A stretch of 64,000 bases of DNA from Octopus vulgaris (lineage: Eukaryota). The first letter of the stretch is position 1; every line of letters starts with the position of its first letter. The stretch spans positions 36,022,001 through 36,086,000 of the forward strand of contig OX597817.1 of NCBI GenBank assembly GCA_951406725.2. The letters run 5' to 3'. Positions 1 through 12,611 of the stretch are shown in pieces. Position numbers and translations under genes: made by a program. A model generated the notes under the pieces. It saw only the letters and a program-made list of their open reading frames with translations. It ran no database searches and was not told the DNA's origin.

Positions 1-138
1 CTCGACCCCGGGACTTATTCTTTTGTAAGCCCAGTACTTATTCTATAGATCTCTTTTGCCGAACCGCTAAGTAACGGGGACATAAACACACCAGCATCGG
101 TTGTCAAGCAATGCTAGGGGTCAAACACAGACACACAA

Positions 139-173
<35 letters not shown>

Positions 174-346
174 CATATATACGACGGGCTTCTTTCAGTT
201 TCCGACTACCAAATCCACTCACAAGGCTTTGGTCGGCCTGAGGCTATAGTAGAAGACATTTGCCCAAGGTGCCACGCAGTGGGACTGAACCCGGAACCAT
301 GTGGTTGGTAGACAAGCTACTTACCACACAGCCACTCCTGCGCCTA
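1..346 (-). mobile_element. tRNA-derived SINE family A (internal TA/CA microsatellite, AAAAGAGT tail), cut by window start
   Basis: Head GGCGCAGGAGTGGCTGTGTGGTAAG..GGTTCAGTCCC with A/B-box-like motifs. Other copies include 8814-9155, 10186-10600, 19931-20350, 25487-25882 and 40302-40762. Confidence 0.85.
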
Positions 347-410
347 TTTCATCATCATCATCATCATCATCACCACCACCACCACCACCACCACCACCAC
401 CACCACCACC

Positions 411-443
<33 letters not shown>

Positions 444-696
444 GTCACCATCCTCCTCCTCCTTAACAACTGGCTTATATATATATATATATATATATAT
501 AAATTAAATTAAAGATAAAACCACTATTAGGCAAATCAAACAGTGAAACAAATAAACCAAAACATAGAAATAAAATTAATTAATGTAATATACAAAATAT
601 ATAAAATATAAAATATAAAATATAAAATTCAAAATTTAAATTATTTAAGTTTAAAGTTAAAAATTTAAAATTATTAATTAATTATATATATATATA

Positions 697-921
697 CAGA
701 GCGGTCCAATCCAAAAGTAGGTTTACAGTTACAGTTATCACGTAGGCACTATAAATTTCTTTTAAAACATTTTATTCCATTTAAATTTCTATCTTACAAT
801 TAACTAAATTAGCATAGAATCATAGTTTCATATTTTTTTTATAATTAAGATCTAAATTGTTAATATATAAATGTGAAAGGTGAAAGAGACAGTTGAATAA
901 CTGTAAGCCTACTTTTGGCCC

Positions 922-927
<6 letters not shown>
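697..927. mobile_element. Tc1/mariner-type MITE in (TA)n
   Basis: Inverted CCAAAAGTAGGTTTACAGTTA / TAACTGTAAGCCTACTTTTGG ends. Confidence 0.6.
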
Positions 928-996
<69 letters not shown>

Positions 997-1000
<4 letters not shown>

Positions 1001-1188
1001 AGAATTCACAAAAAAGCAAAAGACGAAGACGGGTGGTGTAGACAACAAACAGATATATTAGTATAACGCTCGGGAAGTGAAAAAGTCTTTAACATTTCGA
1101 GCCTACGCTCATCCACAGAAAGGAACACAGAAAGAAACAAGGAGAGAAAATAAAGAATGTGTAGTGGCTAGCGATTTATTATGGCGAA

Positions 1189-1190
<2 letters not shown>
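997..1190 (-). mobile_element. Penelope-like terminal repeat with degenerate minimal hammerhead (1085-1126)
   Basis: Minus strand CTTT CTGTGGAT GAGC GTAG GCTC GAAA TGTT AAAG; embedded in (TA)n. Confidence 0.5.
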
Positions 1191-1236
<46 letters not shown>

Positions 1237-1819
1237 ATATATATATACATATGTATATACATACATGCATACATAGACTTATACATCCATACACACATAT
1301 ATATATACATATACACATACACACATACATATACATACATACATACATACATACATACATACATACAGACAGACAGACATAATACACTGCCTAAATATCA
1401 ATCTTGAGAAATTAGGCTTCTCAAAACTAGAAAGGAGCAGGCTAATTTGAAGACTACAGATCTAATCCATCACTGGAACTGTAAAAATCTGTAAAACTCG
1501 ATACGTTTATCATTTAAATATATATGAGCATGTCTAGATATGCGACTATATGCATCAGAATACATACATAAAAGATACAAATCTGCACATCCTGTTGTTG
1601 ATGTTGAAATTCCAAAGTAGGAGCCTTGGATCTAAGTTAGAAGCCGACTCTTTCTCTATTGGCAAGAAATCTTGAAATAAAACTGAAGAATGACATACCA
1701 CACATACATATATTATAGATATATATCTACACACAAAAATAAGAGCAGAACATATATACATATGTATACATGAATCTAAAATATACAAAAGTTTCTCTAT
1801 TTGAGTTTAAAATAAAAAT

Positions 1820-2023
1820 TATAATGAAATTATTGTATACAGTGCTCAGGTGCACCACAACTTGTCAAAAGTGCATAAAGCATATGCAGTAATGTACAGA
1901 TGTCTGGGAAGTGAACAGTGTATGAGTCAGATACATGCTTGCGTGTGTATAGATGGGAGAAAATCAGGTGTCGTGTTGGCGAATCTCAGGAAGCATGGAA
2001 GTTTTAAAGGATGCAGTGCTCCT
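1820..2023 (-). mobile_element. CR1/L2 LINE extreme 3' end
   Basis: Closely matches the 3'UTR and ORF end at 30424-30630. Confidence 0.75.
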
Positions 2024-3367
2024 AGAATGAACATGTACACACAACTGTGTGTTCTTCTGGAATGCATACAGAGAGTAATCACATAATCACACGCACATAC
2101 ACACATGTAATCAAACGAGACATAAGACCTGTCAAACTAAGTGAATTTGTAGGTGTGGTTGATACCCTAGCCAGTTGACCAGCATCTGTGCCGGTGGCAT
2201 GTAGAAAGCAGTGTTTGAGTGTGTGGCAGATGCTGGTTTCACGTCAATGGCACTCATGCTGGTAGCATGTAAAAAGCACCCACTACATTCTCGAAGTGGT
2301 TGGCATTAGGAAGGACATCCAACCATAGAAACAATGCCAAACCAGATTGGGACCTAGTGTAGCTCCTTGCCTTATCAGTTTTAAGTCAAACCATCCAACC
2401 CATGCCAGCATGGAAAATGGATGTTAAATGATGATGATGATGCACAGCCATTATATAAGAAAAAATATATATTAACATACTTATCCATAAATGTACACAT
2501 ATCTGTACCAGTGAAAGCCAGGCTGGTTTTTATCTTTCAAATTTTATTTTTTCACATATTCAGAAATACCTGCTTGTGAAGACCTGTTGAGGCAAGTGAA
2601 ATCGAAATCAAATTCGATGACTGGCATCTGTGCTAGTGGAGTGCTAAGAGCACCATCCGAGTATGATCATTGCTAGAGCATGCCAGTGGCACGTAAAAAG
2701 CACCATTCAAGCATAATCGTTACCAGTGTCGCCTTATTGGCATGTGAAAAAACATTCGAGCGAGGTCATTGTCAGTGCTGCTGGACTGGCTCCTGTGCAG
2801 GTGGCACGTAAAAAACACCATTTGAGCGTGGCTGTTGCCAGTATCACCTGACTGGCTCTCATGCCGGTGGCATGTAAAAGCACCCACTACACTCTCGGAG
2901 TGGTTGGCATTAGGAAGGGCATCAAGCTGTAGAAACCCTACCATATCAGACTGGAGCCTGGTGCAGCCATCTGGTGCGCCAATCCTGTGTCAAATAATCC
3001 AACCTATGCTAGCATGGAAAGTGAACATTAAATGATGACGACGATGATGATAATGATGTAATTGACACAAAAAGAAAAAAAATGAAAGAAAAAAGCCATG
3101 TAACTTTGTTGGTGACTGACTTGAGTTCTATGAAGAATTTAAATGAATTGCAAAGAAAAGCATGCATTCGTTTATACACACATATACATAAAACACGCAC
3201 ACAAACATGTCTGCAAACATGCACACACACACACATGGTAAGAAGCTTGTTTCCCAACCACATGATTCTGTGTTCAGGCCCACTGTGTGAGACCTTTGGC
3301 AAATGTCTTCTACTGTAACCACAGGCTGGCCAAAATAGATCTTGTAGATAGAAACTGAAAGAAGCTT

Positions 3368-3733
3368 CATCATCATCATTGTTCGACCGTGGTCGAGACA
3401 ATGGAATTTACCATGCTACGCCAGACTTCACGGTCCATCATGGCATTATGGAGGTCCTGTTGCTGGATGCCTGTATCCCTGGAGATTACATCAGGGTAGG
3501 AGAGTGTGCGCCCTCTGGTATTGCGAGTAGATGGCTTCCAGAGGAGAAGAGTAGAAATTACTTCTTTTTCAGCTCTACAACAATGTCCAGCAAACTGGAC
3601 TCTCCTACCTTTCACAAGAGATGACACAGGTGGGAGTTTCCCATATATTTGCATTTTGGTTGGATGGCGCTTCCACGAGAGATTTTGAGCTCTCATAAAG
3701 AGGCGAGTGTAGGTTCCATCCAACCGCCTCTCA
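3368..3733 (-). mobile_element. RTE-clade LINE 3' fragment
   Basis: RRVQFAGHCCR..LLLWKP..RGR..MMDREVWR motif set and (TGA)n tail. Confidence 0.85.
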
Positions 3734-4007
3734 AGCTTATGAAGGTGGTGGCAGAAACGTTAGCACGCCGGGCGAAATGCTTAGCGGTATTTCGTCTGCC
3801 TTTATGTTCTGAGTTCAAATTCCGCCAAGATCGACTTTGCCTTTCATCCTTTCGGGGTCGATAAATTAAGTACCAGTTACGCACTGGGGTCGATGTAATC
3901 GAATTAATCCCTCAATCTGTCCTTGTTTGTCCCCTCTATGTTTAGCCCCTTGTGGGCAATAAAGAAATCAGAAACTGAAAGAAGCCAATTGCTTGTATGT
4001 ATGTATA

Positions 4008-4055
<48 letters not shown>

Positions 4056-4845
4056 TGTGTGTGTGCGTGTGTGTGTGTGCGTGTGTGTATGTGTGTGTGT
4101 GTGTATGTGATTGGCTTGAACTCTGTGAAGAATTTAAATAGATCGCAAAATAAAGCATGCATTCGTTCATATACACTCATTCTTAAAACACACAAACATA
4201 CATACCTGTAAACATGCACACATACACACGTGGTAAGAAGCTTGTTTCTCAACCATGTGGTTTGGGGTTCAGTCCTTGGGAAGTTGTGTTCTACTATAGC
4301 CATGGGCTAACCAAAGTAGAATTGGTTAACAGAAACAGAATATATGTGTGTGTGTGTATGTGTGTGTGTGTGTGCATGTCTTTATGTCTGTGTATGTTCC
4401 CACCAACTGCGTGATAGTAGGTGTTGGCTTGTTTATGTTCCAAAAAGAGAACAATAGAATAAGTACAAGTTTTAAATATAATAATGTACGTGTGAATGAT
4501 GAAACTGCTTTAGCATGATCCTGTAAATCCAAAAGCGAGAGAGAGTCCTTTGCTCTCATGTGTTTCTTTCCCTGCCTGAGGTTACCATGGTCTTTTCCGT
4601 AGGCTTTTCTTTCCACAGATAAATCTAATCTGTTTTACACTTTTACCCCACCTTATTATGCTGTTTACACATCCCGAATGCTTTCGATCCCTTTTGATCA
4701 CATTATTTTTTCTTCTTTCGTTCTTTCTTTCTCTCTTTCTTTCTTTCTTTCTTTCGAAAAGAAAAGTTCTACATTGTTTTGTCTCCTCTGTGTTCAGCCC
4801 TACCTGGCTAATAAGGATATCTATGTATCTATGTATGTATGTATG

Positions 4846-4938
<93 letters not shown>

Positions 4939-5071
4939 CTACCTGCCTATCTGTCTGTCTGTCTCTCTATTTATCCATAATTTATCTTTTACTTATTTCA
5001 GTCATTAGACTGTGGCCATGCTGGGGCACCACCTTGAAGAATTTTTAGTTGAATGAATTGTCCTCGATACT

Positions 5072-5445
<374 letters not shown>

Positions 5446-6551
5446 GACAGACATGTACACAGACAGGTACACAGACAGACAAGCAAACAGAAAGATAGAT
5501 AGATATGTAGGGAGGTAGATTGATAGATAGATAAATAGATAGATACAAACATGCATAAATATTGAGTTGAAAATTAAAAAAGCATAAACAAGAATATGAA
5601 TGCAGGTAAACCTCCACACACACATACATACCATACACTCACTCTCACACACACACACACACATAACAGGCACACTTACACACTTACACACGTTTTACTG
5701 ACATTCCTTGTTCTTGTCAGCCAAAAACTGTGTTACTAAGAAAAGCCAGAAAGTGGGAGATAATGTGACTAATTCGGCTTTATTGTTTACATACCAAGTT
5801 GTTTACTTACATCTTTTGTCTCTATATCTGTTGTCTGCTACTTCAACTTGGAAACATACTAAAATGAAACGAATGAGGGAGCCTCTACATAGTCCACCTA
5901 ACTTGCTAAAAATAGAAACCAAATTTTCATCACGTTACATGCTACCGTCTTACTAGATCTATCTTTCGTTTGTTTCAGTTGGTGGACAGTGGCCATGCTG
6001 GAGCACCGCCTTAGAAGGTTTTTTGATGAACAAATTGACTCCATTACTTATTGAGGTTTAATTTGTTTGGCAAAAACCTTTCAAGGCAGTGTCCCAGCAT
6101 GGGACACTGTCCAATGTCTAGCATTTCTTCTGTTGGGGGTCGTTTTGCTGAACTGCTAAGTTATGGGAACATAAACAAACCATTACCAGTTGTCAAGTGG
6201 TGGTAGTCTAGACAAACATCAATACAAACACATTCACCCCCCGCCCCACACACACATACATTTACAGACACACACATAAAGTATCTAACCCACTTTGTAA
6301 AGTGGTTGGCATTAAGAAGGGCATCCAGCCATAAAATAACCATGACAAAACAGACCTCACCAGTGCTGGTGCCATGCAAAAAGCACCCAGTCTACTTTGT
6401 AAACTGGATGGTGATAAGAAGAGCATCCAACTCGTAAAAATCATATCAAAACAGACAGTAGAGCTTGGTGCAGTCATCTAGCTCCTGTCAAACCATCCAA
6501 CCCATGCCAACATGGAAGACAGATGTTAGATGATGATGATGACATATAATA

Positions 6552-6900
6552 TCTCTCTATATATAAACGACAGTTTGTCTGTGCGTGTTTCCGTGTGTCT
6601 GTTTGCTTGTACCCTCACTCTGACCACGGCTTTCAACCGATTCTGATGAAACTTGACACACACATAGCCCAATGTCATAATTCAAAACTAACGCAGCGAA
6701 AATTTTGAAAAGTTCCCCCAGTTCTGAACAAAATCGATAAATTCGACATGGGGTCGAAAATCAGAAACACAAACTCCACCTTTTTTAATTTAAAAAAAAA
6801 ATTTACCATCATTTTTTTCCATTTTTTTTGCTATTTTTTGGCTATAACTCTCTAAAAATGCTTTATAGTTATTTCCCTTACAAACCTGAGCAACGCCGGG

Positions 6901-6905
<5 letters not shown>
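6552..6905 (+). mobile_element. Non-autonomous Helitron (3' CTAG replaced by (TA)n)
   Basis: A|TCTCTCTATATATAAA start; last ~60 bp shared with 39442-39959. Confidence 0.75.
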
Positions 6906-6946
<41 letters not shown>

Positions 6947-7169
6947 GGATGAATGAATTATCCTTTGTTTACCGTTAACATGGAAAATTCAATAAACAGT
7001 TACCAGGGTAGTATTGGAATAAAATCAATGTTGTCTTTGAAACATATGTCGAAAGTAAAAGAATTTTAATAACATCTGCGTTCAACTCCATTTATTTACT
7101 TATATATATATATATTCTTTTAAATGTTTCAGCCCTAAGGTTGTGGCCATATCCTGCTTGCTTGCTTCT

Positions 7170-7640
7170 TTTGCTTTTGCTTCGTACTCTTGCTTGATGG
7201 CATGTGCTGGGGCCATCCCAGAGATACCATCATGCATAGAGTTGACCAGGTCTGCCAGTGCCCTCCATCACTGGCAGTCCCATTCCATCCCCTCTGCACC
7301 CTCCAAGATGACATTGAGCCTCTGGAGATCTTCCTTAATCATGTCCAGCCATCTGGTGCAGGGCCTGCTGTGAAGCCTCTTCCAGCCTGTACCTGCTACA
7401 TCAAATGGGAGTAAAGCCCTGGTAGGACGATCTAGTGGGAGACAGAAGGCATATCTGTGTAAGAGTGTGTGACAGATAGCTATGAGGTGGGAGGCTATGG
7501 TTTGATGTGTGTGCATGCAGTTCTTGGTTGGAAACATGATGGTACTGTCTGATATTCTCGATAGTTCTCAGGGCTCTGCTGTTGAAGCCCTCAATCCTCT
7601 GCAAAAGTCTTTGAGAGGGGGCACCTTTCTGTCTCACAGA
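7170..7640 (-). mobile_element. Degenerate RTE-like LINE 3' fragment
   Basis: LQRIEGFNSRALRTI..VSNQEL.. and RWLDMIKEDL across frameshifts. Confidence 0.6.
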
Positions 7641-10346
7641 GAAAAATGCAGAGAGCCAAAATATAGACCGCTTGATGGATATACATATAGATCAACATCA
7701 AAATAAATATCAAATGGAAATTGTAGTAGTGATACCTGTGCCGGTGGCACGTAAAAAGCACGATCTGAACGTGGCCAATGCCAGTGCTGCCTTGACTGGC
7801 TTCTGTGCCAGTGGCACATAAAAAGCTCCAACTGATTGTGGCCACTGCCAGCCTCCCCTGGCACTTGTGCCGGTGGCACGTAAAAAGCACCCACTACACT
7901 CACGGAGTGGTTGGCGTTAGGAAGGTCATCCAGCTGTAGAAACACTGCCAGATCAGACTGGTGCCTGGTGCAGACTCCTGGCTTCCCAGACCCCGGTGGA
8001 ACCGTCTAACCCGTGCTAGCACGGAAAACGGACGTTAATCAATGATGATGATATGTGTGTGTGTAAAATTCAGCAACATGATGTAACATTATTACATTTT
8101 AATTATTGTATGCACGCATGCACACACACACACAAATGCTCTCTATCAACACCACCTCCATCTTGCATGTACTTATGTGTATGTACATGTGTGTGTGTTG
8201 TTTTCTTCTCCACCTGTCCTTTCATTGGCACAACATCAGCAACAGTGATGTTGTTTATATATTTCGTAAACAAAACATTTGGCAATCATTTGGCATGCGA
8301 AGATGGTGAATAAAATATTCTACTTCAAACCAAGTATGAGTTGCTATCATGAAAGGCACCTGGCTGTAGAATGTGATCTTGAAAAATTTCACCCCCTCCA
8401 TGCCAGCATGGAAATAGCAGATGTAAAAAATGCTAATATACACACACACACACACATACACACACACGTAGCCTGTTGATGATCTTGTCCACTTAGCGGA
8501 ATCTGTAAAGGAATTAAAGAAATTCCAGCCATGGGAACAAAACTTGGAATTGAGTGGCTTTGAGGTTATCCTGTACGACTAAAGTTTTAGTAAGTAGGAA
8601 AGATGGCTGAACCCTGGTTCCTTCAGGAAAATGGTCTGGCTCAGTATCTAGAAAAGGAGTAGGTATAAACTCCAAAAGCAGTGCTTAATATATTCTATGG
8701 ACATGCAAGAGATGTAGTAGAATCACTTGTCTTAACATATTATGTCATTCATGCAAGCATGAAAAAGTGGATGTGAAACGGTGATGACAATTCAATGGCA
8801 ATATGGAATATGTATACTCTTTTACTCTTTTACTTGTTTCAGTCATTTGACTGTGGCCATGCTGGAGCACTGCCTTTAGTTGAGCAAATCGACACCAGGA
8901 CTTATTCTTTGTAAGCCTAGTACTTATTCTATCAGCCTCTTTTGCCAAACCGCTAAGTTACGGTTGTCAAGCGATGTTGGGGGGACAAATACAAACACAC
9001 ACAAATATATATACATATATATGACAGGCTTCTTTCAGTTTCCATCTGCCAAATACACTCACAAGGCTTTGGTCGGCCCGAGGCTATAGTAGAAGACACT
9101 TGCCCAAGGTGCCATGCAGTGGGATTGAACCCAGAACCATGTGGTTCGTAAGCAAGCTGATGATAATAATGATGATGACGATGACAATGATGATGACGAC
9201 AATGATATGGGTACCTCAGAGCAGACACTGAAGTTCTGTAATTTGTCAGTTTCTGTCAAACTATCCAACCCATGTCAGGCTAGAAAAGAGATGTTAAAGG
9301 ACAATAAAGATGATACAAACACACACACACACCAGATGTTAAAACAGTGATATTGTAGCATATGGCTATATATACTGCTGACATGTTATTACCTTGTCTT
9401 ACAAAACACAAAGCAACACACTGTGCCCTGTGTCTGGGATGGTCATTACTAGAATACTTAATCAATCAAAGCTGACCTAAATATTTATCTAAATGTATCT
9501 ATTATCCTGTAGTATTTTGCAGTCCTGTACATTATTCACCTACTGAGTCTAATGTTGTTGTTGTCATTGTTGTTATTGTTCAACCCCATACCAGTCCTGT
9601 TTGTCCCAACCAGGCATAGGCAACCTCTCTTGAGAAGCAAGCTGCATTCAAGTATTCTTTTTAAGTATGGCCATTCAGAATGTCATGGGCTGCACGTAGC
9701 CTTCAGGCTTCAGGCTGCTCATGTTTGGTCTAGATCAAGGTTCTCAACATGGACAGTACTGCCCCCAAAAGGGCAGGGCATTGGACACACTGAAGGGGGC
9801 ATTAGGCTTTAGTAAGCAGTGATGTGAATGGTGAGGTAACATCATCATCATCATCATCGTTTAACGTCCGCTTTCCATGCTAGCATGGGTTGGACGATTT
9901 GACTGAGGACTGGCGAACCAGATGGCTGCACCAGGCTCCAATCTAATCTGGCAGAGTTTCTACAGATGGATGCCCTTCCTAACGTCAACCACTCCGAGAG
10001 CGTAGTGGGTGCTTTTACGTGCCACCAGCATGAGGACCAGTCAGGTGGTACTGGCAACAGCCATGCTCAAATGGTGTTTTTTACATGCCACCTGCATGGG
10101 AGCCAGTCCAGCAGCACTAGCCACAACCTCGCTCGAATGTAATTAATATACTAAATTTACCTATAGTAGTAATTATATTATTATAGGCACAAGATTGGCT
10201 GTGTGGTAAGTAGCTTGCTTACCAACCACATAGTTCTGGGTTCAGTCCCACTGTGTGACACCTTGAGCAAGGGTTTCCTACTATAACCTTGGGCCGACGA
10301 AAGCCTTGTGAGTAGATTTGGTAGATGGAAACTGAAAGAAGCCCAT

Positions 10347-10389
<43 letters not shown>

Positions 10390-11542
10390 ATGTGTCTGTG
10401 TTTATCCCCCCACCATTACTTGACAATCGATGCTGGTATGTTTATGTACTTGTAACTCAGAGGTTTGGCAAAAGAGACTGATAGAATAAGTACTAAGTTT
10501 ACAAAGAATGAGTCCTGGGATCGATTTGTTTGACTAAAGGCAGTGCTCCAGCATGGCTGCAGCCAAATGACTGAAACAAGTAAAAGAGTAAAAGAGATAA
10601 AGCTAGTAATGATTATTAAAATAAAATGAGATCTCATCAGGCACAGGAAAGTCGTTAACTTGCAATGTATAAAGTAAATTTATAAATTTTGTCTTTGGCT
10701 GCTATTTTTAGCTTCTCTGGTGACCACATAGAAGCTTCATCAGTGGCTCAAAAATATCTGTTGCACTCCACCTATCACATACAAAATAAGTCAAAGCCAG
10801 AGCAGAGGTCTCTGAAAATAACTGGGCCAATAACCATAACTTAAATTATATTATCCTGTACATCCATTTTTTTAAATGATAGTGTGGCATAATCGCAGAC
10901 AGATTTGGCTGCTATTTTTAGCTTCTCTGGTGACCACATAGAAGCTTCATCATTTGCTCAAGACTTACTGTGGTAATATCTGTTGCACTCTGCCTATCAC
11001 ATACAAAATAAGTCAAAGCCAGAGCAGAGGTCTCTGAAAATAACTGGGCCACTATTTCATGGAACAGTTTCCTGTTGCCCTCGGTAGATGCAAATAAGGC
11101 AGTGCTGTAGGCTAATGATGCCCTCATTAATAATAACCATATTGCTCTGGATGATCTTTGTACAGTGGTAGCCAGCACATAAAAACAGGGACCTAGTTTT
11201 ATTTAAACAGGATAATGTGTTTCTGAAAGCTAATGAAAGATAAACAAAACTGGTTGATTTTGGTAAACAGAAGAAAACCAAAAACACCATTCTCCTCGTT
11301 ACATAAAATTGTCATTAACCTCTTATCAAAAAATCAAGAAAAACAAACAAATAAATAAATAAATAAATAAGTGAATTGTAATTGAACCAACAAGGGCGTC
11401 TCTATGTGTTCACTTGACATGCTGGAAATAGCAGCCAAGTCACCCTCAAATCAATCCTTATTACTCTTAAAACGAGTAATAAAAATTTAAAGATGTGATT
11501 CTTGATAATACTGTATCCCCCTCATTGTTGTCATCGTTGTTG

Positions 11543-11573
<31 letters not shown>

Positions 11574-12429
11574 TATCATTATCATCATTTTAATGTTTAC
11601 AGCGGACTCACAGTTGAGGGATCGCGAGTTCGAATCTCAGACCGGGCGATGTGTGTGTTTATGAGTGAAACACCTAAGCCCCATGTGGCTCCAGCAGACG
11701 GTAATGGCAAACTTCTGCTGACTCTTTCGCCACAACTTTCTCTCACTCTTTCCTCCTGCATCTTGCAGCTCCCCTGCGATGGACCGGTGTCCTGTCCAGG
11801 TGGGGAACCAATACACTAAGGAAACTGGGAAACCGGCCCTTATGAGCTAGGCATGGCTCGAGAAGGAACAAATAAACAATGTTTACTTATCCATGCTTGC
11901 GTGGGCTAGACAATGTTTATTGAGACAGATTTTTTTGCAGTTGAAAGCCTTTCCTGTTGCGTACCCATACCTGTTTTCAAGAAGGATATTTCCTCGTGGC
12001 CAGATATGTTTTTGTAGAATTTTGCATGTTGTACCATCGTGCAACTCTAACTTTCACGAACTTAGCATTCATTAACATTTCTCTTGCATTTCTTAGGTCA
12101 ATGCTTTTGGATCCACGAATTAAGTACAGTGAGGTATTAGGGCATGGGGGTCTCTTCTTCTTCTTCTTCTTCCTCTTCTCTCCCTCTTCACAAACACATA
12201 CATGCACACATACACACACGCACACCTGTGTGCGCACACATGTTCTCACTGGAAGAAACTGACCTGGAGAGAAATGAGCTCCATTAGGTAAAAAAAAAAA
12301 ACCCGGATGTTAAAAGACATGCATCATGTCATGACACTGTTGCTGATTCCATCAAGCGCTAAGACCACCATCACCATCTCCATTACCATTCCCATCTCCT
12401 CCATGCCACCACTGTCACCACTCACTCAC

Positions 12430-12611
12430 CTTTGACAAAAGTGAACAAGCTGAAACTTCAAAGTCACCATCAACTTGTGAACCTTTTCTTTGTAAAAGTT
12501 CAATGAACTTCTCAACTAAAATGTATTGAATTACCCTTCAATTTAAAGTTAAATTGTTTTTATTTATACCTTGACATAAAACAAACATTTATACATTTAT
12601 ATATTGTGTTC
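12430..12611 (-). other. Putative non-coding exon of a leftward transcript
   Basis: Acceptor TTCCAACTCTTTTTCTGTAG| and donor AAG|GTGAGT; no long ORF. Confidence 0.4.

Noticed and set aside
7738-7890. CRISPR-like 24-bp palindromic repeats with spacers
   Set aside because: The spacers are homologous to each other, the array is part of a dispersed eukaryotic retroelement, and there are no cas genes.
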